Made by a program: the position numbers and the translations under genes. The notes below the pieces were generated by a model. That model ran no database searches and had not been told where the DNA came from. It saw only the letters and a list, made by a program, of their open reading frames with translations. Shown here in pieces: positions 54,170-64,000 of a stretch of DNA of 64,000 bases (its first letter is position 1; every line of letters starts with the position of its first letter). The stretch covers positions 1,266-65,265 of the forward strand of contig CANRZW010000018.1 in assembly GCA_947644545.1 (NCBI GenBank). The letters run 5' to 3'. Source of the stretch: an uncultured Lachnospiraceae bacterium. GTDB taxonomy: Bacteria; Bacillota; Clostridia; Lachnospirales; Lachnospiraceae.

Positions 54170-55870
54170 TTGGCAGGGAAATGGGCGGGAAAATTGGACA
54201 GGGAAAAGATTTGTAAGAGTGTACTTAGGGCGTACTTTTTTGTAATGGCAGTCGTTTATCCTCTGTATGCGCCGGGAGGGTATCTGCGGATCGGTGAGGT
54301 CAAGTTCTTTTTCTTTCGGAATGTGACGCTTGTTACGCTGGCAGTATTGGGCGGTATTCTTGTGCTATCGGCTGTGATAAGCCGGGATAAGGACTGGATC
54401 TTACGGCATTATCTGCAGATGTCGGTTACGGACTGGTTTGTATATGGTTACTGCCTGGTGGTGATGCTGTCCTATCTGTGTTCTCCTTATAAAGAAGATG
54501 CGCTGTGGGGAGCGGAAGGCTGGTATATGGGCGTAATCAGTCAGATGATGTTTGCGCTTCTCTATTTCTTCTTTTCGCGATACTTTTGCAATAGCGATGC
54601 AGGTCTGTACGCGACGGGAGCCGATGCGGAAGGGACACAAAACAAAGGTTCCGGTGTAAGTAAATGGCTGGGCATCTGGCTTGCGGCATCGGCAGTCGTA
54701 TTTTTGCTGGGTGTCTGTAACCGGTACTCCCTGTATCCGATTGCGATGGAGGGACAGACGGAGACATTCATCTCTACATTGGGTAATATCAACTGGTTCT
54801 GCGGGTACTGGTCAATCGCGGCTCCGGTCGGGATCATGCTTTACTGGTGCAGCGAAAAGGGTGTGAAACGGGCAGCCTTGGGTGCATACAGTTTCCTGGC
54901 GATGCTTTCGGGAGTGACGCAGGGGAGCAACAGCGCCTACCTTGTTTTTCTGGCGATGCTGTTTGTGCTGCTCTTTTTATCTTTGCAGAGCGATTGCAGG
55001 TTATTCCGGTTTCTGGAGTTGTGCATACTCTTTACTGCTGCCTGTCTGACGGGACGGCTTATGCAGGAGCTGCCGGGATTATCCTTTAATTATCACAATT
55101 ATTATCCGGGGGAATGTTCGGTTATTACGGGGATCTTGATCAGCAGCGAGGTCATAGTATGGGCGCTTGGTATTTTGTTGTGCTGTTACATAGGATTCCG
55201 CGTGCTGGGAAAGCATGGCCGCCTCCATATCGAGCGTCATAAATGGCTGTGGTGCACGTTAACGGTAGCAGCCTGTCTGACAGCCTGTATCATTGTCTTT
55301 TTGATGATGCTTGACGATGAAGTAATCCGCTTTCGGGAAGTGATGTCGATGGAAAAGGGCACCTACCTGGAAGTGGTTATTGACGAAGATCTGGGAAACG
55401 GCAGGGGCGCTGCCTGGATGTGCAGTGTGGATGGCTACCGGAGGATGGATCGTGTACATAAACTCGTCGGGATCGGACCGGACTGCTATGCGGATTATAT
55501 TTATGATGTGACGGAGATTGCTGAGAAAGTAGTGGATAGGTTTGGCGATCATTTAAGACTGACCAACGCCCATAATGAGTGGCTGACGGTACTCGTCAAT
55601 ACGGGATCCCTGGGGTTATTCTGCTATGCGGGAATCTTTGCGACGGCTTTTGTGCGTTTCATGAGGAGGGCTAAAGAACAGGCATTGCTTTATGTCTGTG
55701 CGATGGCGCTTTGTACCTATACGGCCCATAATATGGTCAGTTTTCAGCAGATTCTGAGTACCCCCTATATCTTTATGGTACTTGGAATCGGCGAGGGACT
55801 GGTCAGAGTATACAGGAAGGAAAAGAAACTGCCTGAGAGCAGGGACGGCGGAGCAGGTGAGAGTGGTTGA
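54170..55870 (+). CDS. O-antigen ligase/polymerase-like (Wzy_C domain) polytopic membrane protein, paralog 1
   Basis: More than 10 TM helices. Conserved motif TNAHNEWLTVLVNTGSLGLFCYAGIF. The start is uncertain (TTG at 54170). Confidence 0.7.
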   Translation: MAGKWAGKLDREKICKSVLRAYFFVMAVVYPLYAPGGYLRIGEVKFFFFRNVTLVTLAVLGGILVLSAVISRDKDWILRHYLQMSVTDWFVYGYCLVVMLSYLCSPYKEDALWGAEGWYMGVISQMMFALLYFFFSRYFCNSDAGLYATGADAEGTQNKGSGVSKWLGIWLAASAVVFLLGVCNRYSLYPIAMEGQTETFISTLGNINWFCGYWSIAAPVGIMLYWCSEKGVKRAALGAYSFLAMLSGVTQGSNSAYLVFLAMLFVLLFLSLQSDCRLFRFLELCILFTAACLTGRLMQELPGLSFNYHNYYPGECSVITGILISSEVIVWALGILLCCYIGFRVLGKHGRLHIERHKWLWCTLTVAACLTACIIVFLMMLDDEVIRFREVMSMEKGTYLEVVIDEDLGNGRGAAWMCSVDGYRRMDRVHKLVGIGPDCYADYIYDVTEIAEKVVDRFGDHLRLTNAHNEWLTVLVNTGSLGLFCYAGIFATAFVRFMRRAKEQALLYVCAMALCTYTAHNMVSFQQILSTPYIFMVLGIGEGLVRVYRKEKKLPESRDGGAGESG

Positions 55871-57540
55871 GTAATAAATTAAGAAATAAGGACAGGGGAA
55901 GAGGAAACGGCAGAGGTTATAAGGCAAAAGAGCAGGCAGGGATAGTTCATGCAGATTCCGGGTTACTTCAAAGGATCATCGAATATCTGCTGACCGCAGT
56001 GCTGTTTGTCCTGTGTGTGGTGGTGCCATTATATGCCAGGGATGGGTATCACCAGATCGGAAATGCGAAGTTTGAAGCTTACCGCCGGATCATGCTTGGC
56101 GGTTTCGGGGGACTGCTGATCCTGGCTGTTGTATATTTAATATGGCGGACGGCAGAGCATAGGGCTATCGACAAACAGAAATTGAATCTACGGTTATCCG
56201 CTACAGACCTGTTTGTGATTGCGTATCTGGCGTTGACGGCGGTCTCTGTCGTGTCAGGCGGGTTCTATGAGGATGCGCTTTGGGGAGCATACGGCTGGAA
56301 TATGGGATTCTTGTCACAGCTTGGTTTTGTGTTGTTGTACTTGTTCTTGTCCCGCTTTGGCAAATATTATCGGACAGTGCTTGGCGTGTTATGTCTGGCG
56401 GCGACGGTCGTATTCTGCATCGGTATCCTGCACAGGCTGATGTTTGATCCCATCGGGTTCTATGACGGACTGACAAATGAACAGAAGGCGCAGTTTCTGT
56501 CTACGCTTGGGCAGGCTACATGGTACGCCTCCTTTCTGATCGTGCTGTTGCCGGTGGGAATGGGCGTGTTTCTCTATGCCAAACAGAGGACGTGGAGAAT
56601 ACTTTCCGGTATTTATATGGTGATCGGATTTGGTACGTTGGTAACACAGAACAGTGACAGCGCTTATTTTGCGCTGGCGGGTATGCTGATCGTCTTTTTT
56701 ATGGTATCCTGTGAAAAGAGAGAACTGTTGTGTCGGTTTACGGCGATGCTTACGGTGTTCTTCGGGATAGGAAAGTTGATGTATTTTCTGATGCAGATGC
56801 GGCCTAATCCGGATTTGGAACCGGATCTTATCACGGAGATTGTCTGGACTTCCGGGCTGACCTGGGGGATGTTGGTATTGTGTCTGCTTCTGACGCTGGC
56901 GCTGTATCGAACCGGGGGAGCCGGACAGAGTTTCGGATATCCCGGGACTGTGATTTCCCTGGTTCGTACAGGAGTGCTGGGACTGGCGGCGGTCTTGCTT
57001 ATCACGGCGGTGCTTGTCATTTACCTGCAGGCTCATGACCGGCTGCCGGCGGGCATTGCAGATAAAGTGGCGGCAGTCGGCTATCTGAACTGGAGCGGAG
57101 ATTGGGGCAACGGCAGAGGAAGGATCTGGGAGTTTGCCGGCAGAGTAATTTCACAGGAAAGTCTGTTACACAGGATCTTCGGGGTAGGGCCAGACTGCTT
57201 TAACAGTTATGTGACCGCTTATCACGGTGAGGAGGCGGCTCTTTTCTGGGGTAATAAGCTGCTCACCAATGCCCATAACGAATGGCTGACTATCCTGATC
57301 AATGGCGGGATTCTCGGAGCGGCGGCTTATCTGGGTATCTATGTGTCGGCAGTATATAGATTTATGCGTGGCAGAAACAATAATTATATTTTGATCGGGA
57401 TCACGGCAGCGGTCGCGGCGTATATGTGTTATAATTTTTTCTGTTATCAGCAGGTGTTGTGTACGCCCTTCGTTTTTATTTTAATGGGAATGGGAGAGTA
57501 TATTCTAAGGAATCAGAGTAATATAGAGAAAAGCAGATAG
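55867..57540 (+). CDS. O-antigen ligase/polymerase-like (Wzy_C domain) polytopic membrane protein, paralog 2
   Basis: Same architecture as paralog 1, with TNAHNEWLTILINGGILGAAAYLGIY. It shares DALWGA.GW.MG..SQ..F.LLY.F.SRF with paralog 1 and overlaps that gene by 4 nt. Confidence 0.7.
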   Translation: MSNKLRNKDRGRGNGRGYKAKEQAGIVHADSGLLQRIIEYLLTAVLFVLCVVVPLYARDGYHQIGNAKFEAYRRIMLGGFGGLLILAVVYLIWRTAEHRAIDKQKLNLRLSATDLFVIAYLALTAVSVVSGGFYEDALWGAYGWNMGFLSQLGFVLLYLFLSRFGKYYRTVLGVLCLAATVVFCIGILHRLMFDPIGFYDGLTNEQKAQFLSTLGQATWYASFLIVLLPVGMGVFLYAKQRTWRILSGIYMVIGFGTLVTQNSDSAYFALAGMLIVFFMVSCEKRELLCRFTAMLTVFFGIGKLMYFLMQMRPNPDLEPDLITEIVWTSGLTWGMLVLCLLLTLALYRTGGAGQSFGYPGTVISLVRTGVLGLAAVLLITAVLVIYLQAHDRLPAGIADKVAAVGYLNWSGDWGNGRGRIWEFAGRVISQESLLHRIFGVGPDCFNSYVTAYHGEEAALFWGNKLLTNAHNEWLTILINGGILGAAAYLGIYVSAVYRFMRGRNNNYILIGITAAVAAYMCYNFFCYQQVLCTPFVFILMGMGEYILRNQSNIEKSR

Positions 57541-57556
57541 AGGAGGAAACAAGGTA

Positions 57557-58630
57557 ATGGAGGCAGGAATCAGAGAAGTTTTACAGCAATTCTTTCCGGG
57601 AGAGGATATCGTGTCTGTCGGATCCCATGGGAGCGGGCATATCAATCACACCTTTGCCGTGGAGACGGCAGGCGGGAAGAAATATGTTCTGCAGAAGATC
57701 AATACCGACATTTTCAAGGATGTGGAGGGGTTGATGGAGAATGTGGTAAACGTAACGGCTTATCTTCGCAGACAGATCGCACAGGAGGGCGGTGATCCCG
57801 AGAGAGGAACGATGCGGGTTGTTCCGGCCGTTGACGGGAAATATTATTATAAGGACGCGGAGGGCGGCTGTTGGCGGGTTTATCTGCTGATCGACAATGT
57901 GATCTCCTTAGATCAGGCGGAGAATGAGGAAGCATTATATGCCAGTGGATTGGCGTTTGGCAGATTTCAGGCACAGTTGGCGGATTATCCGGCACAGACA
58001 CTGCATGAGACGATCCCTGATTTCCACAACACGCCAAAGCGCTATCAGGCTTTTGAGAAGGCGGTGGAGGAAGATTGCTGTCACAGGGCGGCGTCTGCTG
58101 CAGGGGAGATTGCGTTTATCAGAGAGCGCAAGGCAGAGACGGAGATACTCACCGATCTGCTTAAAGAAGGAAAGCTGCCGCTGCGGCTTACCCATAATGA
58201 CACGAAGCTGAACAACGTTCTGCTGGATCCGGAGACTTATGAGGCAGTCTGTATCGTGGATTTTGACACGATCATGCCGGGTCTGACGGCTTATGATTTC
58301 GGGGACGCGATCCGTTTCGGCGCCAACACGGCGGTGGAAGACGAGCCGGACACGAGCAAGGTTTCCCTGTCGCTGCCTTTGTATAAAGCTTATGTGAAAG
58401 GTTTTATGGAGGGATGCGGCGAGCGCATGACCGCGAAGGAGATAGAGACGCTGCCCGTGGGTGCGAAGACGATTACATTAGAGCAGGGAATCCGTTTTCT
58501 GACGGATTATCTGCAGGGAGATACTTATTATCAGACTTCCCGCGAAGGACAGAATCTGGATCGTTGCCGCACGCAGCTTGCGCTTGTCGCCGATATGGAA
58601 CGAAAGTGGGAACAGATGCAGATTTCATGA
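57557..58630 (+). CDS. APH-fold sugar kinase, N-acetylhexosamine 1-kinase (NahK)-like
   Basis: GSGHINHTFAVE (nucleotide loop), catalytic loop HNDTKLNNVLLD, and DFDT metal-binding motif. The size of about 357 aa matches NahK. Confidence 0.6.
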   Translation: MEAGIREVLQQFFPGEDIVSVGSHGSGHINHTFAVETAGGKKYVLQKINTDIFKDVEGLMENVVNVTAYLRRQIAQEGGDPERGTMRVVPAVDGKYYYKDAEGGCWRVYLLIDNVISLDQAENEEALYASGLAFGRFQAQLADYPAQTLHETIPDFHNTPKRYQAFEKAVEEDCCHRAASAAGEIAFIRERKAETEILTDLLKEGKLPLRLTHNDTKLNNVLLDPETYEAVCIVDFDTIMPGLTAYDFGDAIRFGANTAVEDEPDTSKVSLSLPLYKAYVKGFMEGCGERMTAKEIETLPVGAKTITLEQGIRFLTDYLQGDTYYQTSREGQNLDRCRTQLALVADMERKWEQMQIS

Positions 58631-58640
58631 CTTTTTGCGG

Positions 58641-58669
58641 TTGACAAAATCCGGCTGTACGGCTAGAAT
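58641..58669 (+). promoter_or_regulatory. Sigma-A promoter of the proS leader
   Basis: TTGACA (58641-58646), 17-nt spacer, TAGAAT (58664-58669). Confidence 0.7.
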
Positions 58670-58671
58670 GA

Positions 58672-58935
58672 ATAAAAAGTTACAGCAGTAACTTTGGTGA
58701 AATAAGGAGTAACGTGACGAAGAAGAGAATAGTACGAACAGGGAACGTGACAGAGAGAGGATGGATGGTGGAAGATCCTTACGGGAGATGTTCGGAACCG
58801 GCCTCGGAGTCCTGTGTGAGGAGCACAGCGTAGCACCGGCGATAACGGTAGGAGAAGTGGAGCGCGTAAGCGCTAATTAGGGTGGTACCGCCGAGATTTC
58901 GGTCCCTTTCGGGATGGAAATCCCGGCGTTTTTTG
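58672..58935 (+). promoter_or_regulatory. T-box leader (tRNA-sensing transcription attenuator) for proS
   Basis: AGAGA-type stem I elements (gacagagagagg, ggtggaa). Conserved T-box AATTAGGGTGGTACCGC at 58875-58891. Terminator ccgagatttc...ggaaatcccgg plus T6 (58891-58934). Pro codons (CCG, CCU) lie on the 3' side of stem I. Confidence 0.85.
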
Positions 58936-59002
58936 TTGTATTTTGGCGGTCTGCCTGTCCGCCCGGAAAGAAAGAGAGAAAAGGAAGAAAGGATGAGGAA
59001 AA

Positions 59003-60433
59003 ATGGCTGACAAGAAATTAGTTGAAGCGATCACTTCCATGGAAGATGATTTCGCGCAGTGGTACACAGACGTGGTCAAGAAGGCGGAACTTCTGGACTA
59101 TACGAGCATCAAAGGATGCATGGTGTTTAAGCCGGCGGGATATGCGATCTGGGAATTGATTCAGAAGCAGATGGATGATATGTTTAAGGCGACGGGAGTG
59201 CAGAACGTCTATCTGCCCATGTTTATCTCGGAAAGCCTCTTGAATAAGGAGAAGGATCATGTGGAAGGATTTGCGCCGGAAGTGGCATGGGTGACGCACG
59301 GCGGTATGCAGCCTCTTCAGGAGCGGCTTTGTGTGAGACCTACGTCCGAGACGCTTTTCTGTGATTATTACAAAAATGTGGTGCAGTCCTATCGCGACCT
59401 GCCCCAGGTATGTAACCAGTGGTGTTCCGTTGTGCGCTGGGAGAAGGAGACGAGACCTTTCCTGCGCAGTCGTGAGTTCTTATGGCAGGAGGGCCATACC
59501 GCTCATGCAACGGCCGAGGAAGCGGAGGAAAGGACAGTGCAGATGCTGAATGTCTACGCTGATTTCTGTGAGCAGGTGCTGGCAATCCCCGTGATCAAGG
59601 GACAGAAGACGGAGAAGGAGAAGTTTGCCGGCGCTACGGCAACGTATACTATTGAAGCGTTGATGCATGACGGTAAGGCGCTGCAGTCCGGTACCAGCCA
59701 TAACTTCGGCGACGGTTTTGCGAAGGCATTCGGCATTCAGTTTACGGATAAGGACAATACGTTAAAATATGTGCATCAGACTTCCTGGGGCGCCTCTACC
59801 CGTCTGATCGGTGCGCTGATCATGGTACACGGTGACAACTCCGGCCTGGTGCTGCCTCCCAGAATCGCACCGGTACAGATTATGATTATTCCCATCCAGC
59901 AGAAGAAGGAAGGCGTGCTGGACAAGGCGTATGAACTGCGAGACAGGCTGAACGGTTTCCGTGTAAAAGTGGACGATGCGGACAAGAGTCCCGGTTGGAA
60001 GTTCTCCGAGCAGGAGATGCGAGGAATTCCGATCCGTGTGGAGATCGGGCCTAAAGATATCGAGGCGAACAAGTGCGTGATCTGCCGTCGTGATACGAGG
60101 GAGAAGATCGAGGTATCTCTGGATGAGCTGGAGACGAAGGCAGGAGAGATCCTGGAGAAGATGCAGACGGAAATGCTGGAGCGCGCCCGGGCGCACAGGG
60201 ATGCCCATACCTATACGGCAGAGAATATGGAGGAGTTCCGCAGACTGTTTACGGAGAAGTCCGGATTCGTGAAGGCGATGTGGTGCGGGGATCAGGCATG
60301 TGAGGATAAGATCAAGGAGGAGCTTGCGGTTACCAGTCGGTGTATGCCTTTTGAGCAGGAGACGATCGAGGATGTGTGTGTCTGTTGCGGCAAGCCTGCC
60401 AAGAAGATGGTTTATTGGGGAAGAGCATACTAA
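59003..60433 (+). CDS. proS: Prolyl-tRNA synthetase (short, archaeal/eukaryote-like type without the INS editing domain)
   Basis: 476 aa. Class II motifs are present ([31 protein letters not shown]) along with a C-terminal zinc-binding-like segment and a terminal ...YWGRAY. Confidence 0.93.
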   Translation: MADKKLVEAITSMEDDFAQWYTDVVKKAELLDYTSIKGCMVFKPAGYAIWELIQKQMDDMFKATGVQNVYLPMFISESLLNKEKDHVEGFAPEVAWVTHGGMQPLQERLCVRPTSETLFCDYYKNVVQSYRDLPQVCNQWCSVVRWEKETRPFLRSREFLWQEGHTAHATAEEAEERTVQMLNVYADFCEQVLAIPVIKGQKTEKEKFAGATATYTIEALMHDGKALQSGTSHNFGDGFAKAFGIQFTDKDNTLKYVHQTSWGASTRLIGALIMVHGDNSGLVLPPRIAPVQIMIIPIQQKKEGVLDKAYELRDRLNGFRVKVDDADKSPGWKFSEQEMRGIPIRVEIGPKDIEANKCVICRRDTREKIEVSLDELETKAGEILEKMQTEMLERARAHRDAHTYTAENMEEFRRLFTEKSGFVKAMWCGDQACEDKIKEELAVTSRCMPFEQETIEDVCVCCGKPAKKMVYWGRAY

Positions 60434-60520
60434 GCGTTTGTATTTTTGTACGGATTGGATTAAAATGATATAAACTGCATGTTTTTGTATAAAATATAAA
60501 GTAAAGGGGTTGAAGTTGAA

Positions 60521-61714
60521 ATGAATGTTTTGGTGATTAACTGCGGTTCTTCTTCCTTGAAGTATCAGCTGATCAACAGCGATTCGGAGGAAGTGCTGGC
60601 AAAAGGGTTATGTGAGAGAATCGGAATTGACGGGAGCGCGATCGTGCACCAGCCTGCGGGTGGTGAGAAGATTAAGAGTGAGGTAGACATGCCGAATCAC
60701 ACGAAGGCAGTGCAGCTGGTGATCGAGAAGTTGACAGATCCCCAGGTGGGTGTGATCTCCTCACTGGATGAGATCGATGCGGTGGGACACCGTATCGTAC
60801 ATGGCGGTGAGAAATTCGCCACTTCGGTAGTATTGGATGATGAGGTTCTGGCTGCAATCGAAGAGTGTAACGATCTGGCGCCTCTCCACAATCCGGCCAA
60901 CCTGATCGGGATCAATTCCTGTAAGGAGATCATGCCGAATGTGCCGATGGTGGGCGTATTCGATACGGCATTTCATCAGACGATGCCGAAGAAGGCATAT
61001 CTGTATGGCCTGCCATTATCCTATTATGAGAAATACAAGGTACGCCGTTACGGGTTTCACGGTACCAGCCACGATTTTGTTTCCAAACGGGCTGCGCAGC
61101 TGCTTGGTAAGGACATTAAGGATCTGAAGATCATCGTATGCCATCTGGGCAATGGCGCTTCCGTATCCGCGGTGCAGTATGGTAAGTCCGTGGATACGTC
61201 CATGGGACTGACGCCGCTTGAGGGACTGATCATGGGTACACGGTCCGGCGATCTGGATCCGGCGATTGTCACTTTTATCGCGCAGAAAGAAGGCATCAGC
61301 GCAGAAGAAGTAATCAATATCTGCAATAAGAAGTCTGGCGTGCTGGGACTGTCCGACGGTGTTTCCAGTGATTTCCGTGATCTGGGCGACGCGGCGCAGG
61401 CAGGGAATGAGGCGGCCAGGACCGCATTGGAAACATACGGTTATCGTGTGGGAAAATATATCGGTGCTTACGTGGCGGCCATGAACGGTGTTGACGCGAT
61501 CGTGTTTACGGCCGGTGTGGGAGAAAATAACGCTATGGCGAGAGAAGAAGTCGGAAAATATATCGGCTATCTGGGAACGAATATCGATCCCGAGAAGAAT
61601 AAACTGCGTGGGGAAGAAGTGATCCTGTCCGACGAAGGGGCGAAGGTCACCGTGATGGTGATTCCGACGAACGAAGAGCTTGCAATCGCGAGGGAGACCG
61701 TGCGTCTGGTATAG
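60521..61714 (+). CDS. ackA: Acetate kinase
   Basis: [34 protein letters not shown], and VFTAGVGEN. Confidence 0.96.
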   Translation: MNVLVINCGSSSLKYQLINSDSEEVLAKGLCERIGIDGSAIVHQPAGGEKIKSEVDMPNHTKAVQLVIEKLTDPQVGVISSLDEIDAVGHRIVHGGEKFATSVVLDDEVLAAIEECNDLAPLHNPANLIGINSCKEIMPNVPMVGVFDTAFHQTMPKKAYLYGLPLSYYEKYKVRRYGFHGTSHDFVSKRAAQLLGKDIKDLKIIVCHLGNGASVSAVQYGKSVDTSMGLTPLEGLIMGTRSGDLDPAIVTFIAQKEGISAEEVINICNKKSGVLGLSDGVSSDFRDLGDAAQAGNEAARTALETYGYRVGKYIGAYVAAMNGVDAIVFTAGVGENNAMAREEVGKYIGYLGTNIDPEKNKLRGEEVILSDEGAKVTVMVIPTNEELAIARETVRLV

Positions 61715-61736
61715 AAAATAAGGGGACTTTTATTGT

Positions 61737-62198
61737 ATGGGAAGACGGAGAAAAAAGAAGAAAGGCATCGGGAAAATTATTTTTCTCAGCTTACTGATAG
61801 TGGTATGCCTGGTGGTATTGATCGGTCTGGTAAGCGGCGTTTTCCCGACAGATAAATTGACAGGGCAAATAAAATCCGCAGTGACCAAAAAGGTGACGGA
61901 AACGGTTATGGAGCAGGCCGTTCAGAAGGCATTGGAAAGTTCCGGTGATTCCCAGGCGGCGAAGAAGGCAAAGGAAATCGTAGGGAATATGGAGGAATCG
62001 GACAAGAAAGAGGCGGAGGAGATCCTTGAGAAATATGCCGACAGCGAGACTTTGTCCGATTGTCTGGAGATCGTTGGCGACGGAATCAACAGCGAGTCTA
62101 TTGCAGAAGTTCAGCAGTATCTCAAAGAGAGCGTTTCCGACGAGGACATTCAGAAACTGCAGGAATTGTACAGGAAATACGGAGGAGCCATACCGTAG
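61737..62198 (+). CDS. Membrane-anchored hypothetical protein
   Basis: Basic N-terminus, one TM segment (IIFLSLLIVVCLVVLIGLV), and an acidic helical C-terminus. Confidence 0.5.
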   Translation: MGRRRKKKKGIGKIIFLSLLIVVCLVVLIGLVSGVFPTDKLTGQIKSAVTKKVTETVMEQAVQKALESSGDSQAAKKAKEIVGNMEESDKKEAEEILEKYADSETLSDCLEIVGDGINSESIAEVQQYLKESVSDEDIQKLQELYRKYGGAIP

Positions 62199-62270
62199 TT
62201 AAACTCCGATCATGCTTAAGCTTAAGAGTGGAATACGGGGCCGGAAACGGCCGCACAATGTAAGAGGGTT

Positions 62271-62298
62271 GTCGCAGAGCGCTGCGACGCCTTTTTTT
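62271..62298 (+). terminator. Rho-independent terminator
   Basis: gtcgcag-agcg-ctgcgac followed by gccttttttt. Confidence 0.8.
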
Positions 62299-62431
62299 GC
62301 ATGGCGCAGTTCTGCCTCAATAAAGCGGTTGACATATGTATACCTATGGTGTAACATGCGCTTATAGAGGTAAACGATTGTATACCAAAATTTGGAAGAT
62401 TATCTGCATAGAGATTAGGAGGAGGAGCTAT

Positions 62432-62803
62432 ATGGTCAGTCTATCGGACGGAGAATGGAAGATCATGAACAGGCTGTGGGAGAGCGGCGGAAGTACAATC
62501 ACCGAACTGACGGCTTATTTGGAGAAAGAAACCGGATGGGATAAACATAGCATCATCACCATGCTGGGGCGGATGGAGCGGAAAGAGGCGGTGGCACACA
62601 GACAGGGCGGCAGGGCCAAGGTGTTCTATCCTCTGGTGTCAAGAGAGGAAGTCTCCATGCAGGAGACGCGTGGTTTTCTGCAGAAGGTATATCGGGGAAG
62701 TCTGGGCATGATGGTGAATGCCATGGTGGCGGACCAGGTTCTTTCGGAGCAGGAGATTCAGGAGTTGTATGATATTTTGGATCAGGCAAGAAAGAAGGGA
62801 TAG
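62432..62803 (+). CDS. blaI: BlaI/MecI/CopY-family transcriptional repressor
   Basis: LSDGEWKIMNRLWESGGSTITELTAYLEKETGWDKHSIITMLGRMERKEAV. ATG at 62432 follows aggaggagg. Confidence 0.88.
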   Translation: MVSLSDGEWKIMNRLWESGGSTITELTAYLEKETGWDKHSIITMLGRMERKEAVAHRQGGRAKVFYPLVSREEVSMQETRGFLQKVYRGSLGMMVNAMVADQVLSEQEIQELYDILDQARKKG

Positions 62804-62812
62804 GTTTATACT

Positions 62813-64000
62813 ATGAAAGAGATCATTATTACGTCTTCGGTGTTGATTCTATGTGTTATGTTGATCAGGCACTTTTTCAAGGGCAGGATCAGCAACAGGC
62901 TCCGGTATGCACTGTGGCTGCTGGTGGCGGTGCGGCTGCTTGTTCCGGTGTCTGCACAGCTTTATCTTTCCCTGGGCGGGATAGATGGATTCTGCATTAT
63001 GGATCTGGTGAAAAGGCTGGAGGGAGATTTCGGGGATATCACGGAGCGTCTGGAGCGGCCGGTCAGTTTTGTAATGAATCTGGATTCTCTGGGTGGTCAG
63101 CGGATCGCGGAGAATATGCTGGGAGAGGATCTGACGTACGTGGGCGGGGCAGATGGGCCGACAAGTGTTTTCCTTGCCGGGTCTGTCGGCTTTACGTGGC
63201 TGGATGTTCTGCGGTGGATCTGGTTTGGCGGTATGGGTGTCATGGCGGTATGGATGGCAGCCGTTAATCTGCGGTTTTGCCGTAAGCTGCATAGAGAGCG
63301 CCGAGAATTTCGGCTGCCGGAAGGGGTGACGGAGAGGCTGCATCCGAAGGTGGTGGCCAGCCTTGGCAGAAGCAGAATTTATACGGTGGAGGAACTGGTG
63401 TCTCCCTGTCTGTATGGGATGCTTTGCCGGGAGGCCGTTTACCTGCCGGAGTCGGTTACACAGGAGGAAGACCGGCTGTGTCATGTGCTTACTCATGAGA
63501 TCTGCCACAAACGGCACGGTGACGGAGTCTGGTCGCTGCTTCGCAATGTACTTTTGACAGGGTACTGGTTTCATCCGTTGGTGTGGGCTGCCGCGGTGTT
63601 GTCAAAGAGAGACTGTGAGCTTGCCTGCGATGAAGGTGCGCTGCTGTTGTTAGGAGAACAGGAACGGATCGGTTATGGGAAGACCCTGCTTTCTATCATT
63701 GCCGGCAGGGGTAAGATCTCGGATATTGCCTGTACGGCGACCACCATGACCGGATCGGGCAGGAGTGTAAAGGAACGGATCCGCTGTATTGCCGAGAAGC
63801 CAAGAGTGCTTGGCGCGGCCGTGGCAGCAGTGTTAGTTCTGATCATGATCGTATCGGTGCTCGTCTTTACAGAGAGTCCGCAGTTTGTCGGCGGCATATG
63901 GGACAGCGGTACGATCTATGTGATGACGGAGGATAAGCGGATCATGCTGCCCGATTCCATAGCCGGGATCAGTGGCTATATAGGGGAAGAGGGGAACAAT
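62813..64000 (+). CDS. blaR1: BlaR1/MecR1-like M56 peptidase signal transducer (3' end outside the window)
   Basis: Not in the ORF track because there is no stop within the window. I read the frame through to base 64000 without a stop. N-terminus MKEIIITSSVLILCVMLIRHFFKGRISNRLRYALWLLVAVRLLVP. HExxH is at LTHEICHKRHGD. Confidence 0.85.
   Translation, partial: MKEIIITSSVLILCVMLIRHFFKGRISNRLRYALWLLVAVRLLVPVSAQLYLSLGGIDGFCIMDLVKRLEGDFGDITERLERPVSFVMNLDSLGGQRIAENMLGEDLTYVGGADGPTSVFLAGSVGFTWLDVLRWIWFGGMGVMAVWMAAVNLRFCRKLHRERREFRLPEGVTERLHPKVVASLGRSRIYTVEELVSPCLYGMLCREAVYLPESVTQEEDRLCHVLTHEICHKRHGDGVWSLLRNVLLTGYWFHPLVWAAAVLSKRDCELACDEGALLLLGEQERIGYGKTLLSIIAGRGKISDIACTATTMTGSGRSVKERIRCIAEKPRVLGAAVAAVLVLIMIVSVLVFTESPQFVGGIWDSGTIYVMTEDKRIMLPDSIAGISGYIGEEGNN

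Noticed and set aside
62330-62431. The track ORF extends blaI to 62336. TGTATACC words also recur upstream of blaI (in atgtatacctatgg and ttgtataccaaaat).
   Set aside because: The extension lacks an SD, whereas ATG at 62432 follows aggaggagg. The TGTA/TACA-containing words are what one expects for a BlaI/MecI operator overlapping TTGACA-17-TAACAT, so this is ordinary autoregulation rather than a novelty.

Overview
This window looks like a chromosomal segment of a spore-forming Firmicute. Gene content and synteny resemble Clostridia/Lachnospiraceae, but the taxon is inference only.

Most of the window is roughly 50-57% G+C (hand counts on sample lines) and densely coded on the + strand.

**Gene layout, 5' to 3':**
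- A PEGA-domain surface protein with an octapeptide tandem repeat.
- The conserved Bacillus-type block mazG/yabN - hup - yabO - yabP - yabQ - divIC - spoIIE - tilS - hpt - ftsH.
- A GH13 alpha-glucosidase-type enzyme.
- An OmpR/HK pair plus envelope proteins.
- A C39-like peptidase.
- An ECF sigma/anti-sigma pair.
- A membrane XRE regulator.
- A YesM/YesN-type sugar sensor with a CUT1 ABC importer and a vWA lipoprotein.
- hsp20 and a ROK kinase.
- A zinc-ribbon/DUF5685/J-domain triad.
- A MATE pump.
- A small accessory islet (AAA-ATPase/PDDEXK, HExxH protein, Rpn-like nuclease).
- A BceAB-like ABC transporter next to a LytTR/AgrC-like two-component system.
- PadR/DUF2812.
- A perR - reverse rubrerythrin - rubredoxin oxidative-stress operon.
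- A second OmpR/HK pair, then rluA-like and AI-2E transporter genes.
- Two paralogous O-antigen-ligase-like membrane proteins and a NahK-like kinase.
- A T-box-controlled proS, then ackA and blaI/blaR1-like genes (blaR1 runs off the 3' end).

**Most unusual locus:** a sharply A+T-rich cassette of about 3 kb (about 46.44-49.66 kb, 28-33% G+C on sampled lines), on the minus strand. It contains:
- a perfect 13-5-13 palindrome;
- a near-consensus promoter overlapping a strong Shine-Dalgarno sequence and a 29-codon ORF;
- a 17-bp hairpin;
- a 342-aa radical SAM enzyme (CX3CX2C plus a C-terminal Cys cluster);
- an MFS_3-type exporter.

I read this as a candidate, uncharacterised radical-SAM peptide-modification/export (RiPP-like) cassette acquired horizontally.

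**Other leads:**
- a J-domain protein with a cysteine-string-like tail in a three-gene module;
- a C-rich sRNA candidate after ftsH;
- a mini-ORF plus four hairpins in the leader of the XRE regulator;
- a SpoIIE that lacks its membrane domain.

All family calls are from motif recognition by eye. No searches were run.
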